A stretch of DNA of 64,000 nucleotides from Octopus bimaculoides. Taxonomy: Eukaryota. A program made the position numbers and the translations under genes. Positions 26,293-39,316 of the stretch are shown in pieces (the stretch's first letter is position 1; each line of letters begins with the position of its first letter). Below the pieces are notes generated by a model that did no database searches, was not told the DNA's origin, and saw nothing but the letters and a program-made list of their open reading frames with translations. Location: assembly GCF_001194135.2 (NCBI RefSeq), contig NC_068986.1, positions 88,937,913 through 89,001,912 of the forward strand, in the 5' to 3' direction.

Positions 26293-27119
26293 TCCATACC
26301 ACGTAAATCATTAGTAATAGAAAATACATAAAGATATCATTATTTCTATTAGCACAACATACTTTCGACAAGGAGAAAAGCATGACCCATGACGTACAGT
26401 TTTCTTCCCCATTCTCTTTACAAATCGGTGCCCTTTCAGGAAAAGCAAGGAATCGTTTATTATTATTACTGCTGTCTCTTAATATTTTGATGGATTGTTG
26501 ACACTGATGGTGAAAGTAGTTGCTGCTGCTAGTGACTGGCGTTGATAATAATGGCGGCAATGAATTCGTTGCGGTAGGAGGAGTGACGGTTCATTCCGAT
26601 TAAGGCGCCTTCTGCTTACAGTTAAGATCCGTCTTCTGATTAAATGCTACTTATGGACGCAATGGGTATTTCATATTGTTAATGTTTAATGATAACACAT
26701 GGCTGTTTGCCGATATTAAGGTCAATGTACGATAGCCTGGTGTTTATAAAATTACTTCATTATTGATTGATGATATCAAATGCAGCGATTAATATTTTGA
26801 TATATCACACTTTTATGGCTATAATCACCGTGATTCGTTGTATGATAGAGTGGCGTTGATGGAATAGTTGTTTGATTGATGATTTACTGCGGACCTATTA
26901 ATGCTTGACACATGACAACCTACAGAGACTACAGCAACCAATTTCTCATGTATTCATATATAAATATATATATATATATATATAGATAGATAGATAGATA
27001 TAGATATATATATAGAGAGAGACAGACAGACAGACAAACAGGCAGACAGGCAGGCAGACAGGCAGGCAGACAGACAGACATACAGACATACAGACAGACT
27101 GACAGACAGACAGACAGAC

Positions 27120-27185
<66 letters not shown>

Positions 27186-28356
27186 GTATTAATTTGGTAA
27201 TCGAATATAGCTGTAAGTCAGTGGTGATAGGAGATTCCGTGGCGAACTAGATTACTGAGAACGAGACCTGATCGTTATCTGGGTTTGAGAGAAGTGAGTG
27301 TCTTTGGAACATGTACTTTACGGTTCATTATTATGAACCCCATTTTACGAACGTTATAATGCAAAGTGTTGTAAAAAATACCTGCGTGAGACACACAAGG
27401 TGCAGCATGAACATTATGTAAGAAGATAACGGAAGGAACACTATACTCCTAGCGAAATATAAAAACTCTCTAACATAGAAGTTATATTGGTATATCATAT
27501 GCCGCATTCAGATCTCGAAGCGTAGCATGGTTTGGAGAAAAGCCTTGTATACAATAACGTTCGAGATAAGACAGATTCTATGAACTGATAAGAGTCTGGG
27601 ATGCTGTCTCTCGAAGTTGATGCTGGCTGTTCTTATGTGCGTCGTCATCTTATCGTTTATGCAGTAACTTCCTAGAGAAATCCTTCCTCATACCCGTTAA
27701 CATAAATTCTGTACAACTTTCAGCTGTTGGTTACGCTACAAAGTAGAAGGCCCCGTACATACTCCGTCTTTTTAATGTTGCTGATGAGATGAAATAGCCG
27801 CTTTGTAAATCATTTTGAAAGCAAGGCATCAACTCTCATTTATAAATATCAAGTACAAACAGAAATGAGAATTTCGTCTGTGATTTTAGGTGTTGGAGGT
27901 TAAAGAAAACAACTATCTTTCTGAATTTAATCATGACACATTCACATCAGTGCCTGAAGACATCCTGGATGCTGTACACGGGAGACATTATCATGTGTCC
28001 ATGTTTGATACATTTAAGACCGATTGTTCATGCGACACGACTGCTGTGTTTATAATATACGCCTTCATGTTATCGCGATATGAGTGAATGATATTACGTT
28101 TGGCAGATATCAAATCTTTTCAGTTGCCACTAAATTTCTTTTCAAAGAAATGAACTGAAAACTTTAATGAGATTGACAAACTGCATGTAGAAATAAGCAT
28201 TTTTTGCCTCTGCATTGTGCTGGGTTTGCTTCATTGAAAACATAATGTTAGAAGTGACCTTGTCAGATTTTAATACGGATTGACTTTCTGGCAAAGTATT
28301 ACGATATCAAGTAGGGACTTGCAACTACTGTTGCAACAATATCATGTAAAGAAAAT

Positions 28357-28438
28357 AAAAGACGGTAGATGGGAGTGCGACAGTTGAGGTATACCTCGAC
28401 TGTCGCACTCCCAGTCGCACTCCCATCTGCCATCTTTT
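28357..28438. repeat. 82-bp near-perfect palindrome with an internal 12-bp duplication
   Basis: aaaagacggtagatgggagtgcgacagttgaggta|tacctcgactgtcgcactccc[agtcgcactccc]atctgccatctttt. Confidence 0.9.
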
Positions 28439-28739
28439 GTTTTATTTTTATTTTTATTTTTATACGTGGACGATCACGTCATCTTTAAAATCTTGCGATA
28501 TAGCATCTAAAGAAAACCTTTTTCAGCATATTTCTACCCACAGCAGTCTGAGGAGGTTAGTAAGGTCTACAATGGGCCTATCTTCACACTCACTAAGATC
28601 TGTTCCTGCTAGAAAACTGGGGTTTTTTGTTGCGAGTTTTTTTGGGGTGGGGGTGCTTTTACTGCTGCAGTCTTTCGGGTGTTGTCTTCTACCTCAAGCG
28701 TCGAGCGCTAGCATACTTCGTTGATGGAATTACTTACAG

Positions 28740-28862
28740 ATTATTCTTGGCAGACATTTAGCATGTTCAATGTCATTCATTTTATAGGTATCGCCTGGAG
28801 AAGAATGTTGCAAGCCTGTTTAAATGAATTTTGGGAGAAATTTGTTCAAGACTTCAACTAAC
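28740..28862 (+). mobile_element. Tigger/pogo transposase C-terminal remnant
   Basis: FNVIHFIGIAWRRMLQACLNEFWEKFVQDFN resembles the pogo/Tigger motif DAI..I..AW..V...TLNG.WKKL.P.FV.DF. Confidence 0.5.
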
Positions 28863-29546
28863 ATTTATGTCTTGATATTGATGCAAATGCTCTCAACTTT
28901 GAACCTTAAATGAACTCTCAATAAGGCCGTTGTGAATCCTCTTTGAGACATTCTTTCAGTTGACTGTTATAATATGGAAGAGCTGTATAAAATGTCCATC
29001 TTTGACTATAGCTTGGAAATAGGTATATGAATATTACTACAACTTGTGGTGTATGATAGAAGACTTCAGATCTATCGACATTCGGTTTATGATAACTAGA
29101 CCAATTAGTAGACATGAGTGTGTGTATCTGTGTGTGTGTGTGTGTGTGTGTGTGCATGTGTGTATGTTTGTGTTTATAGATAGATAGATAGATAGATAGA
29201 GAGATAGATAGATAGATAGATAGATAGATGGGTATATATACAGAGAGACAGGCAGACAGGCAGATTAATTGATAGACACAGAGACAGACATACATAGAGA
29301 CAGACATACATAGAGACAGACATACATAGAGACAGACAGACAGACAGATAGATAGATAGCTAGATTGTTAGATATGTAGACAGACATAGTTAGGGGTTTG
29401 AATATAATGTAAGATGAGTGATAGAGTGTGTGTTTTTATATATGTATGTACGTATATATGTGTGCGCACATGTTTGTAATATAAAAATCGAAGGAAAAGT
29501 GTATATGTGTGTGAAAATGTGTGTGTGAGTGTGTGTGTGTGTGTGT

Positions 29547-29584
<38 letters not shown>

Positions 29585-29987
29585 CTCTGTGTGTGCGCGT
29601 TTGTATGCAGATGCAGATGATGTGCTTTTTCAGCATACAGTAATTTGGTGACGTAAGCACGCACTCAGGTATCTCTTTGAAACATGGCTTTTACAAAAGA
29701 ACTTAAACGGCTATTATGACATAATGTTCCCTTAATACACCCGAGTCATCTTCATCCCATTCCAGCAAACCCCCTTGATCCCCATTTTAGTCTAATTTAC
29801 ACATGCGTTTGGTTCTCTTTGTACTTTACATTTATTTACGTCATCCAGGCTTCAGCCAATGAGAAGAGTCCTGGAGCTTAACCTCGTGTAGGTTTTCTTG
29901 CATTACTGCTTTTCCGGTTCTTACTCTTCCTGTTCTTGTCTCCCTCTTCCAGTCCTTTTCTACCTATTCTTTCATCTTCTTTTTTCT

Positions 29988-30033
<46 letters not shown>

Positions 30034-31650
30034 AATATTCCTTCTTCTTTCTTTTGTTTCCCTTCCTTTTCTGTCATTTTGTCCACACTCCCTCCCCCCT
30101 ATATATATATATATATATACATACAATACACATATATATATATATATATTATATATATTTATTTATAAGTATATAGATACATATATGTATGTGTATNNNN
30201 NNNNNNNNNNNNNNNNNNNNNNNNNNNNNNNNNNNNNNNNNNNNNNNNNNNNNNNNNNNNNNNNNNNNNNNNNNNNNNNNNNNNNNNNNNNTCTCTCTCT
30301 CTCTCTCTCTCTCTGTCAATATTCCTTCTTCTTTCTTTTGTTTCCCTTCCTTTTCTGTCATTTTGTCCACACTCCCTCCCCCCTATATATATATATATAT
30401 ATACCTGCGTGTTTGTATGTGTATCTATGTAGTTGTGGGTATCAGTGTGCATAAGTACATATATGGATCCGAATACATACATACTATATGCATATATATA
30501 CACACGCAGATACTCACACACACATACACAAGTATCATTATACATGTGTGTGTTTGTGCGTCCATGCTTTGTAATACGGGAGTGGAATGTGTCTGTCCCT
30601 GTGTTTATATTTTTAGAAATATACATTTGTGTGCGCATGCGTCCGTTTGTGGGGAGCGTGTATGTGTATGTGTGCGTGTGGACCCATACACGCACATCGA
30701 TTCGAGCTCAGATGTTCACATGTGCGTGCGTGAATGTGTGTGTGTGTGTCTGTGTGTATGTGTATGTGTGTAATTATATACACACATTAATTTCCTTATG
30801 TATATTGTATACTATGCTTCATATATCCTTAGCATCTATCTCATTTTTTAGCATTCTCGTATGCAAGATGAACAATTTTTGCCCAACCATTTTCTTTTAG
30901 GAAGCTATTCTGCTTTCAAAAGTGAAATGGCATTATTTTCTTCTGGTAATGAAAAGAATCTAAAAAGCAAAGAATATAAGACTGGAATCAAAAGGCAGAT
31001 ATAGCAAGCTTTGGCTAATTCATTCAATAATAGACGAATGCCCACAGAGAGCTGCAGGAACTATCTGAGAAACGATGTCAAAAACCATTTTTACGAAACA
31101 TTGGTAGGTAGATATTTCTGGTACCTATTTCGCTTCTTTTACCATCCTTAACGATTCTCTTTTCTTATTCTTCATTTTTCGTATTGTTAATATCTTCCTT
31201 AGTTATATTCTCGATGCTTTCACTCTTCTTCTTTTTCTTCTTCTTCTTCTACTTCTACTTCTTCCGCTATCTCTATTTCTTCATATTATTATTGTCAATA
31301 TTGTTGCTGTTATTGTTGCTGCTGTTGTCGTTCTTTTCGTGCAAAGCTTGCAAGTCCGCAGAATTTCTCATCACAGATCCACTGAAGTTGGCGTCTTATT
31401 CTGTAGTCATACAGGTATTCAAAAGGAAAATGTTCCCTTTCTGTTTATTTATATAGTTAGCTATTGATGTTAGACTATATGTGTGTGTGTGTTGTTGTTT
31501 TTGTTGCTGTTGTTGTGCGCGCGTGTTTGTGTGCGTAGTGGGTGTGTGTCTGTACTCGTATAACTTTGCATATTTATGTATATTTATATGTATAGCTGCC
31601 GGTATTCGGGAATTACATGTACATACACGCTCATTCGATACGTATGCATA

Positions 31651-31705
<55 letters not shown>

Positions 31706-32649
31706 CAGTCTACATATATGTGTGTGCGTATGTGTGTGCGTGCGTGTGCGTCTGCATTCGTGTACGTGTGTTTGTGTATGACTATTTATGCACATCCATA
31801 TCTTATAATGCAAGAACTCACGTTATTTCTGAATACCACACACACACACACGCATATATATATATATAAACTTCTCTGTGTTTACTTATAAGTATGCGTG
31901 TGTTTACTTATAAGTATGCGTGTGTATAACTAATTTTCATTGCACCAGACTCTATCACTATATGATGCGTAATAAGCCGGTATACTTCACCATTCTATTT
32001 CAATACTGCTGGGATACTCAAATTTGCTATTCAACATTGCTCTGACGGGCATTTAGATAAATTAGAGGTATATTTTTACATAAATAGGTATGCAAGCTGC
32101 CGGATGATTGACAATATTGAACTTTATTGTCTGTTTCTTCTATTCCCTAACACATTTTTATTGTTGAAATTTGCCAAAATAATTCCTATTTTCACCATGG
32201 CACCCCCTTTGCAATTTCAGACAGTTTGAACGACTGGCAGATTGAACAATTACAAACATAGTATTTTTGTTTTACTCAGAAACCGAACTGAAGTTTGTGA
32301 CCGTTTGCTTAGTATTAGCAGATGTATGAATTTACTTCCATCGACTGTAATGTCAACTACGGAGAATCAAAATATATAAAATAATCAATGAAGTCATCAG
32401 TCCGAGTATGTGCAACATAAATGGATGTTTTTTTTTCTGTGGGTAATTTAGTGGAACAAATGAAGTTCTTAACATTGTGGGTGTAAGATTGAATCCATAT
32501 AATATTTTATTATGTCAAGTTATCCTTTGAGATATGATAAAGAAAGCATGTCTCTTTATTAACTCTCGGGAGAAGATAACGAAGATCTAACATTTGTATG
32601 TATTAAGTGCTAGTCTGCTGGCAAGTGCTGCGCTAATTGTTGTATTCTT

Positions 32650-33170
32650 AAGACTGTTGCTGAAAGAAAGTGTGCAGACACAAAATAGGTAAAGCTTTCC
32701 TTGTAGAAATCCAAGCCATTGAAGAAAATCGCGAATGTGAAAATGAACTTATCTTCAGGAATATATTGGAGAAAAAAAAGAAAAAAATAATTGAAGGCCC
32801 TTTGTTGTCATCGATAAAAATCTCCCGGATTTAAAGCTGCTAAGGACAAACTATCATTTTTTCTTAGTAGCTTAAGAAGCTTTGAAATTGGAGCCAATTG
32901 CACTTTAAGGGGTTAAATAAATGATAATTACTTGAATACTAGAAATCAAGTCGAAAGATGACACAGTGATCTATTTGCAATGGGTACACAGTTCCTTTTT
33001 GTACTGCTGCCTAATAGAACTTCTACAATGAGAATGATTCAGTACCGCAAAATATTGTTTTGTCTGTACCTGCTACTGATCGTGTAAGTACATAATATCA
33101 TACAGAATGATACCCTTTAGTGAACACATTGACAGATCCGCAAAACAACTGCTACCACAATTTGTAATCC
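32650..33170 (+). mobile_element. Tigger/pogo transposase remnant (DDE_1 region)
   Basis: PGFKAAKDKLSFFL at 32824 matches Tigger PGFKAxKDRLTLLL; upstream degenerate GExASAD motif; many stops. Confidence 0.7.
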
Positions 33171-33229
33171 ATTTATCCAATAGCACATTTTTTCAATGTG
33201 CTATTGGAACATTAACACAGGTTAGATTA

Positions 33230-33410
33230 AATAAGGAAACCTACTTCATTGAGAAATATAAGGCAAAACTTAACCATTTCTAGCATTTTTCAATAAGGAA
33301 ATTTACTTCATTGAAAAATATAAACCAAAACTTAACCATTTCTAACATTTTATTCTATCAAAATCAAATCATGTTAAATTAACAAAACCTAACCATTTCC
33401 AACATTTTTT
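33230..33410. repeat. 62-bp tandem minisatellite (two copies plus a partial third)
   Basis: aataaggaaa..tacttcattga.aaatataa..caaaacttaaccatttcta.catttt at 33230 and 33292; partial copy at about 33383. Confidence 0.9.
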
Positions 33411-33670
33411 ATTATATCCCTTATACCGAAAATATCCCTGATTACCTCCCGTGTTTCAAACTCTTCTACATCACACCATAACGAAGAGATGACACAATAT
33501 CGGTAAAGAAAGTTGAAAAATTTGAAAAGAAAATGCGAAACCGGTTATTTCTACAAAAACAATGTCAGTATGCATAACATTTTATATCATTTTCCTAACA
33601 TGACGATTTTAATATATCTTTTAACTATATAATAAAAACCTTCTGTAGTTTTTTCATTCTATTTTGTTTA

Positions 33671-34132
33671 TATATATAATAGTGCATAAGAATTTATACA
33701 CGGAGAGAAGACCACCATGTGGATTCCTTACATTCTAGTGAAGGCAATCAAAACCTAAACCACGAAAAACATTCTTATTTATGGCACGTTGCTTGTAAGC
33801 AAGCAGGACACTCGAATGAATAAAAATCTCAGTTAACTCTATACCCATGAATTTCGTCATTAATGATCAAATAAATCAATTAATTAGTCAATTAATTGCT
33901 TAATTAATCATCTGTGGCTCGACAGTAGAGTCACTGGAAAATGTATAATTATGAAACTCTAATACGTACCGAAAGCATAAAGTAAACACATGAGCACTGA
34001 GTTCAATCTTTATACATCAAGAATTCAAATCGAATGCCCTCAACCAACGGGCAGGGTAGTAGTAGTACAGCAGTGAATAAATTCAATCGTATAATATCTC
34101 CGTGTATAAATTCTTATACTCTATTATATATA
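33671..34132. mobile_element. 462-bp element bounded by 36-bp inverted repeats (MITE-like)
   Basis: tatatataatagtgcataagaatttatacacggaga (33671-33706) vs reverse complement of 34097-34132: 34/36 identical. Confidence 0.75.
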
Positions 34133-35542
34133 AAAATATTCGTCTTCTGGCTTTTATTACGCATGCTAAACACTGGTATGCATTATTAATTTAATAATGT
34201 TTACCCTGTATTTATATATATACATATATATATATATATGTATATATATATANNNNNNNNNNNNNNNNNNNNNNNNNNNNNNNNNNNNNNNNNNNNNNNN
34301 NNNNNNNNNNNNNNNNNNNNNNNNNNNNNNNNNNNNNNNNNNNNNNNNNNNNNNNNNNNNNNNNNNNNNNNNNNNNNNNNNNNNNNNNNNNNNNNNNNNN
34401 NNNNNNNNNNNNNNNNNNNNNNNNNNNNNNNNNNNNNNNNNNNNNNNNNNNNNNNNNNNNNNNNNNNNNNNNNNNNNNNNNNNNNNNNNNNNNNNNNNNN
34501 NNNNNNNNNNNNNNNNNNNNNNNNNNNNNNNNNNNNNNNNNNNNNNNNNNNNNNNNNNNNNNNNNNNNNNNNNNNNNNNNNNNNNNNNNNNNNNNNNNNN
34601 NNNNNNNNNNNNNNNNNNNNNNNNNNNNNNNNNNNNNNNNNNNNNNNNNNNNNNNNNNNNNNNNNNNNNNNNNNNNNNNNNNNNNNNNNNNNNNNNNNNN
34701 NNNNNNNNNNNNNNNNNNNNNNNNNNNNNNNNNNNNNNNNNNNNNNNNNNNNNNNNNNNNNNNNNNNNNNNNNNNNNNNNNNNNNNNNNNNNNNNNNNNN
34801 NNNNNNNNNNNNNNNNNNNNNNNNNNNNNNNNNNNNNNNNNNNNNNNNNNNNNNNNNNNNNNNNNNNNNNNCACACACACACACACATACACACAAAGAT
34901 ATATATATATGCGTATGTATGTATATATATGCATATTTGTATGTGTGTGAGTGTTTGTGTGTGTGTGTGTGAGTGTGTGTATGTTTGTGTGTACATAAAT
35001 ATATATGTGTATACATACAGGTATTTATACTTTGATATATGTACATATAGATGTATTGATGGATAGGTAGATAGATAAATACAGACAGACAGACAGACAG
35101 ACAAACACACACATAAACAATACTCTTACATGTTTCCTGAATATATACTATACTCATTATTTTTGGAACACATTGCAGCTAGTCAAGCTCATACATTCAT
35201 CACCACCTGCAAAACTGCAAGATTATACTATATCACATATATTTCGAAACAGCCGCAAATATATTCATTGGTATTTACAAATATACTTTCATTCATACTT
35301 AGATACATACAAGTTGAATCGTACATATATAAAAGAACACACACACACATACACACATACAAACGCAATGTACTTACAGGGTTTCACTCGAATGTAATGT
35401 AAATAATAAGAAACAACATTGAAGCATGTAGAATATCGATGACAGGAACCATTATTAGCTGAACCTGTGCATTTAAATGTCACCAAGATACAACCAGCAA
35501 CTATGCAGTACTTATCTGATACATATCTGTGTATTATATGTG

Positions 35543-35579
<37 letters not shown>

Positions 35580-37176
35580 NNNNNNNNNNNNNNNNNNNNN
35601 NNNNNNNNNNNNNNNNNNNNNNNNNNNNNNNNNNNNNNNNNNNNNNNNNNNNNNNNNNNNNNNNNNNNNNNNNNNNNNNNNNNNNNNNNNNNNNNNNNNN
35701 NNNNNNNNNNNNNNNNNNNNNNNNNNNNNNNNNNNNNNNNNNNNNNNNNNNNNNNNNNNNNNNNNNNNNNNNNNNNNNNNNNNNNNNNNNNNNNNNNNNN
35801 NNNNNNNNNNNNNNNNNNNNNNNNNNNNNNNNNNNNNNNNNNNNNNNNNNNNNNNNNNNNNNNNNNNNNNNNNNNNNNNNNNNNNNNNNNNNNNNNNNNN
35901 NNNNNNNNNNNNNNNNNNNNNNNNNNNNNNNNNNNNNNNNNNNNNNNNNNNNNNNNNNNNNNNNNNNNNNNNNNNNNNNNNNNNNNNNNNNNNNNNNNNN
36001 NNNNNNNNNNNNNNNNNNNNNNNNNNNNNNNNNNNNNNNNNNNNNNNNNNNNNNNNNNNNNNNNNNNNNNNNNNNNNNNNNNNNNNNNNNNNNNNNNNNN
36101 NNNNNNNNNNNNNNNNNNNNNNNNNNNNNNNNNNNNNNNNNNNNNNNNNNNNNNNNNNNNNNNNNNNNNNNNNNNNNNNNNNNNNNNNNNNNNNNNNNNN
36201 NNNNNNNNNNNNNNNNNNNNNNNNNNNNNNNNNNNNNNNNNNNNNNNNNNNNNNNNNNNNNNNNNNNNNNNNNNNNNNNNNNNNNNNNNNNNNNNNNNNN
36301 NNNNNNNNNNNNNNNNNNNNNNNNNNNNNNNNNNNNNNNNNNNNNNNNNNNNNNNNNNNNNNNNNNNNNNNNNNNNNNNNNNNNNNNNNNNNNNNNNNNN
36401 NNNNNNNNNNNNNNNNNNNNNNNNNNNNNNNNNNNNNNNNNNNNNNNNNNNNNNNNNNNNNNNNNNNNNNNNNNNNNNNNNNNNNNNNNNNNNNNNNNNN
36501 NNNNNNNNNNNNNNNNNNNNNNNNNNNNNNNNNNNNNNNNNNNNNNNNNNNNNNNNNNNNNTATATATATAGATATATATATATATATATTAATCCTTGC
36601 ATGCAAATATTGTTATATTGTCTGCAAAGAAATATTGGCAGTCAGTGATTCTTTGTGATTGTATCTTTCACCATTCGGCAAACACAGGACGTATGTATGT
36701 ATATGTTTCTCGGTGCACAGCACGTTCAATGGCATGTATATAAGCATTTTTGTATGTATATGTATACGTGTATATACCTAGGTTTGTGCGTCTGTTTCTG
36801 ATTATATGTATTTGTGTGTATTTGATACTTATGAAGATAACTGTTCTAGACAGAGTTTTGGTCACGCAAATCTCGACCAGAAATTATTAACATGCATTTA
36901 CGGGGCGGTATTGAAATACACCACACGTGTGCTGATACACAAATAAATGGATATACACAGAAGTACATACGCATATACATATACATTCTTAGTTTTATAT
37001 ACTATGATCTCCATATATATTCCCTGAGATGTGAATGCATATACATTTGTTCATATAAATATGTACGTGTGTGGGTGTGTTTGTGTATATCAATGTCCCA
37101 TATATACATACATGGAAATAAATACACACATACATATACACCTTAAATATGCATACGTGTGCATATATACATGTTT

Positions 37177-37214
<38 letters not shown>

Positions 37215-37221
37215 TGTCAGG

Positions 37222-37264
<43 letters not shown>

Positions 37265-38109
37265 NNNNNNNNNNNNNNNNNNNNNNNNNNNNNNNNNNNN
37301 NNNNNNNNNNNNNNNNNNNNNNNNNNNNNNNNNNNNNNNNNNNNNNNNNNNNNNNNNNNNNNNNNNNNNNNNNNNNNNNNNNNNNNNNNNNNNNNNNNNN
37401 NNNNNNNNNNNNNNNNNNNNNNNNNNNNNNNNNNNNNNNNNNNNNNNNNNNNNNNNNNNNNNNNNNNNNNNNNNNNNNNNNNNNNNNNNNNNNNNNNNNN
37501 NNNNNNNNNNNNNNNNNNNNNNNNNNNNNNNNNNNNNNNNNNNNNNNNNNNNNNNNNNNNNNNNNNNNNNNNNNNNNNNNNNNNNNNNNNNNNNNNNNNN
37601 NNNNNNNNNNNNNNNNNNNNNNNNNNNNNNNNNNNNNNNNNNNNNNNNNNNNNNNNNNNNNNNNNNNNNNNNNNNNNNNNNNNNNNNNNNNNNNNNNNNN
37701 NNNNNNNNNNNNNNNNNNNNNNNNNNNNNNNNNNNNNNNNNNNNNNNNNNNNNNNNNNNNNNNNNNNNNNNNNNNNNNNNNNNNNNNNNNNNNNNNNNNN
37801 NNNNNNNNNNNNNNNNNNNNNNNNNNNNNNNNNNNNNNNNNNNNNNNNNNNNNNNNNNNNNNNNNNNNNNNNNNNNNNNNNNNNNNNNNNNNNNNNNNNN
37901 NNNNNNNNNNNNNNNNNNNNNNNNNNNNNNNNNNNNNNNNNNNNNNNNNNNNNNNNNNNNNNNNNNNNNNNNNNNNNNNNNNNNNNNNNNNNNNNNNNNN
38001 NNNNNNNNNNNNNNNNNNNNNNNNNNNNNNNNNNNNNNNNNNNNNNNNNNNNNNNNNNNNNNNNNNATACATAGACACATACACACATAAATACATACAT
38101 ACATATCTT

Positions 38110-39245
38110 CAGCAAAATCCTTTAACCACCAAGTGTCGAAGTGCATCTCTTGACCAAGTTTGCATACATGAGGCTGATAACATCGTAAGACTTGGAAAGC
38201 AGCTCCTTGACCAACACTCCTTGTCTGATAACTTAGAATACATGGCCAAAAAGTCGCACGACTCTAACTCAACGTATCATCAGATGAAAGGATGATCCTA
38301 TATGAGCAGAAGACTATGCATGGATGTTTCTAGAAAGCTCCGTGATGTGACAACCGATGCAGACTTTCTTAGAGATCACACTGAAGATATCACCCACATC
38401 ATAAGCAGTTGTCCGAAATGTCATCATAGTATTATCTACCGATAAGACATGACATTGTAGCTAAGACACTCTATAATGAAATTCGTCGGAAGGATAAACC
38501 CGAGGACAAAGATATAAGAATCCACAATGTTGTAGAAGCCATACCCACTCACAATAAAAAGGAATACTGGTGGAATGTACCAGGGAAGACCTCAATAAAA
38601 TGTAAGCACAACAGACCTGATATAATAATTTGGGATAGAGAAGAGAAACTGTGCACAGGTGTAGAAATTAGCTGCTCAGCGGATGTTAATATAAATCTGA
38701 AGATCAGTGAAAAAGAGATCGCCTATACTGAACTATTGAGAAATCGGCAGTTACTCTATTCAGTTTACAAGTTCAGGTTTATACCTGTAATTATTGATGC
38801 TCTGGGATATGTAGCACACTGCTTAAATACCAATCTTGAGAAATTAGGCTTCTCAAAACCAAAAAGGAGAAAGGTAATTCGAAGACTACAGATCCAATTC
38901 GCCATTGGAACTGTAAAAATCTGTAAAACTTTTCAGAAGTTTATCATTTAAATATATATGAGGATGTCTTGATATGCAACTATGTGCATGAGAATACATA
39001 AATTAAACATACAAATCTGCACATACATGCATACATACATACATACATACATACATACAAACATACATACATACATACAAAAATTTCCAGTTGTTGATGT
39101 TGAAATTCCAATGAAGGAGCCTTGGATCTAGGTTAGAAACCAATTCTTTCTCTGTTGGTAAGAAATCTTGAAATAAACAGAATATGGCATTCATATATTC
39201 ATACACACATGCATGAGTCATACATACATACATACATACATACAC
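38110..39245 (+). mobile_element. 3' end of a second R4/Dong-type LINE family
   Basis: EDITHIISSCPK (knuckle end), RHDIVAK, HNRPDIIIWDREEK (RLE PD..D), IPVIIDALGYV, GTVKICKTF then stop at about 38951. Putative 3' UTR and (CATA)n tail follow. Confidence 0.88.
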
Positions 39246-39316
39246 ACAAACATACGCACATTCTGAATCAAGCACACGCGTATACATAGACACTTGTTGT
39301 TAGTAAAACTCAATTA

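Noticed and set aside
27890-28087. 65-aa ORF after an acceptor-like site
   Set aside because: No recognisable domain, and two frames are similarly open; cannot be supported.
29990-30400. Direct duplication of about 100 bp on either side of the 30197-30291 gap
   Set aside because: Identical text flanking an N gap indicates an unmerged contig overlap.
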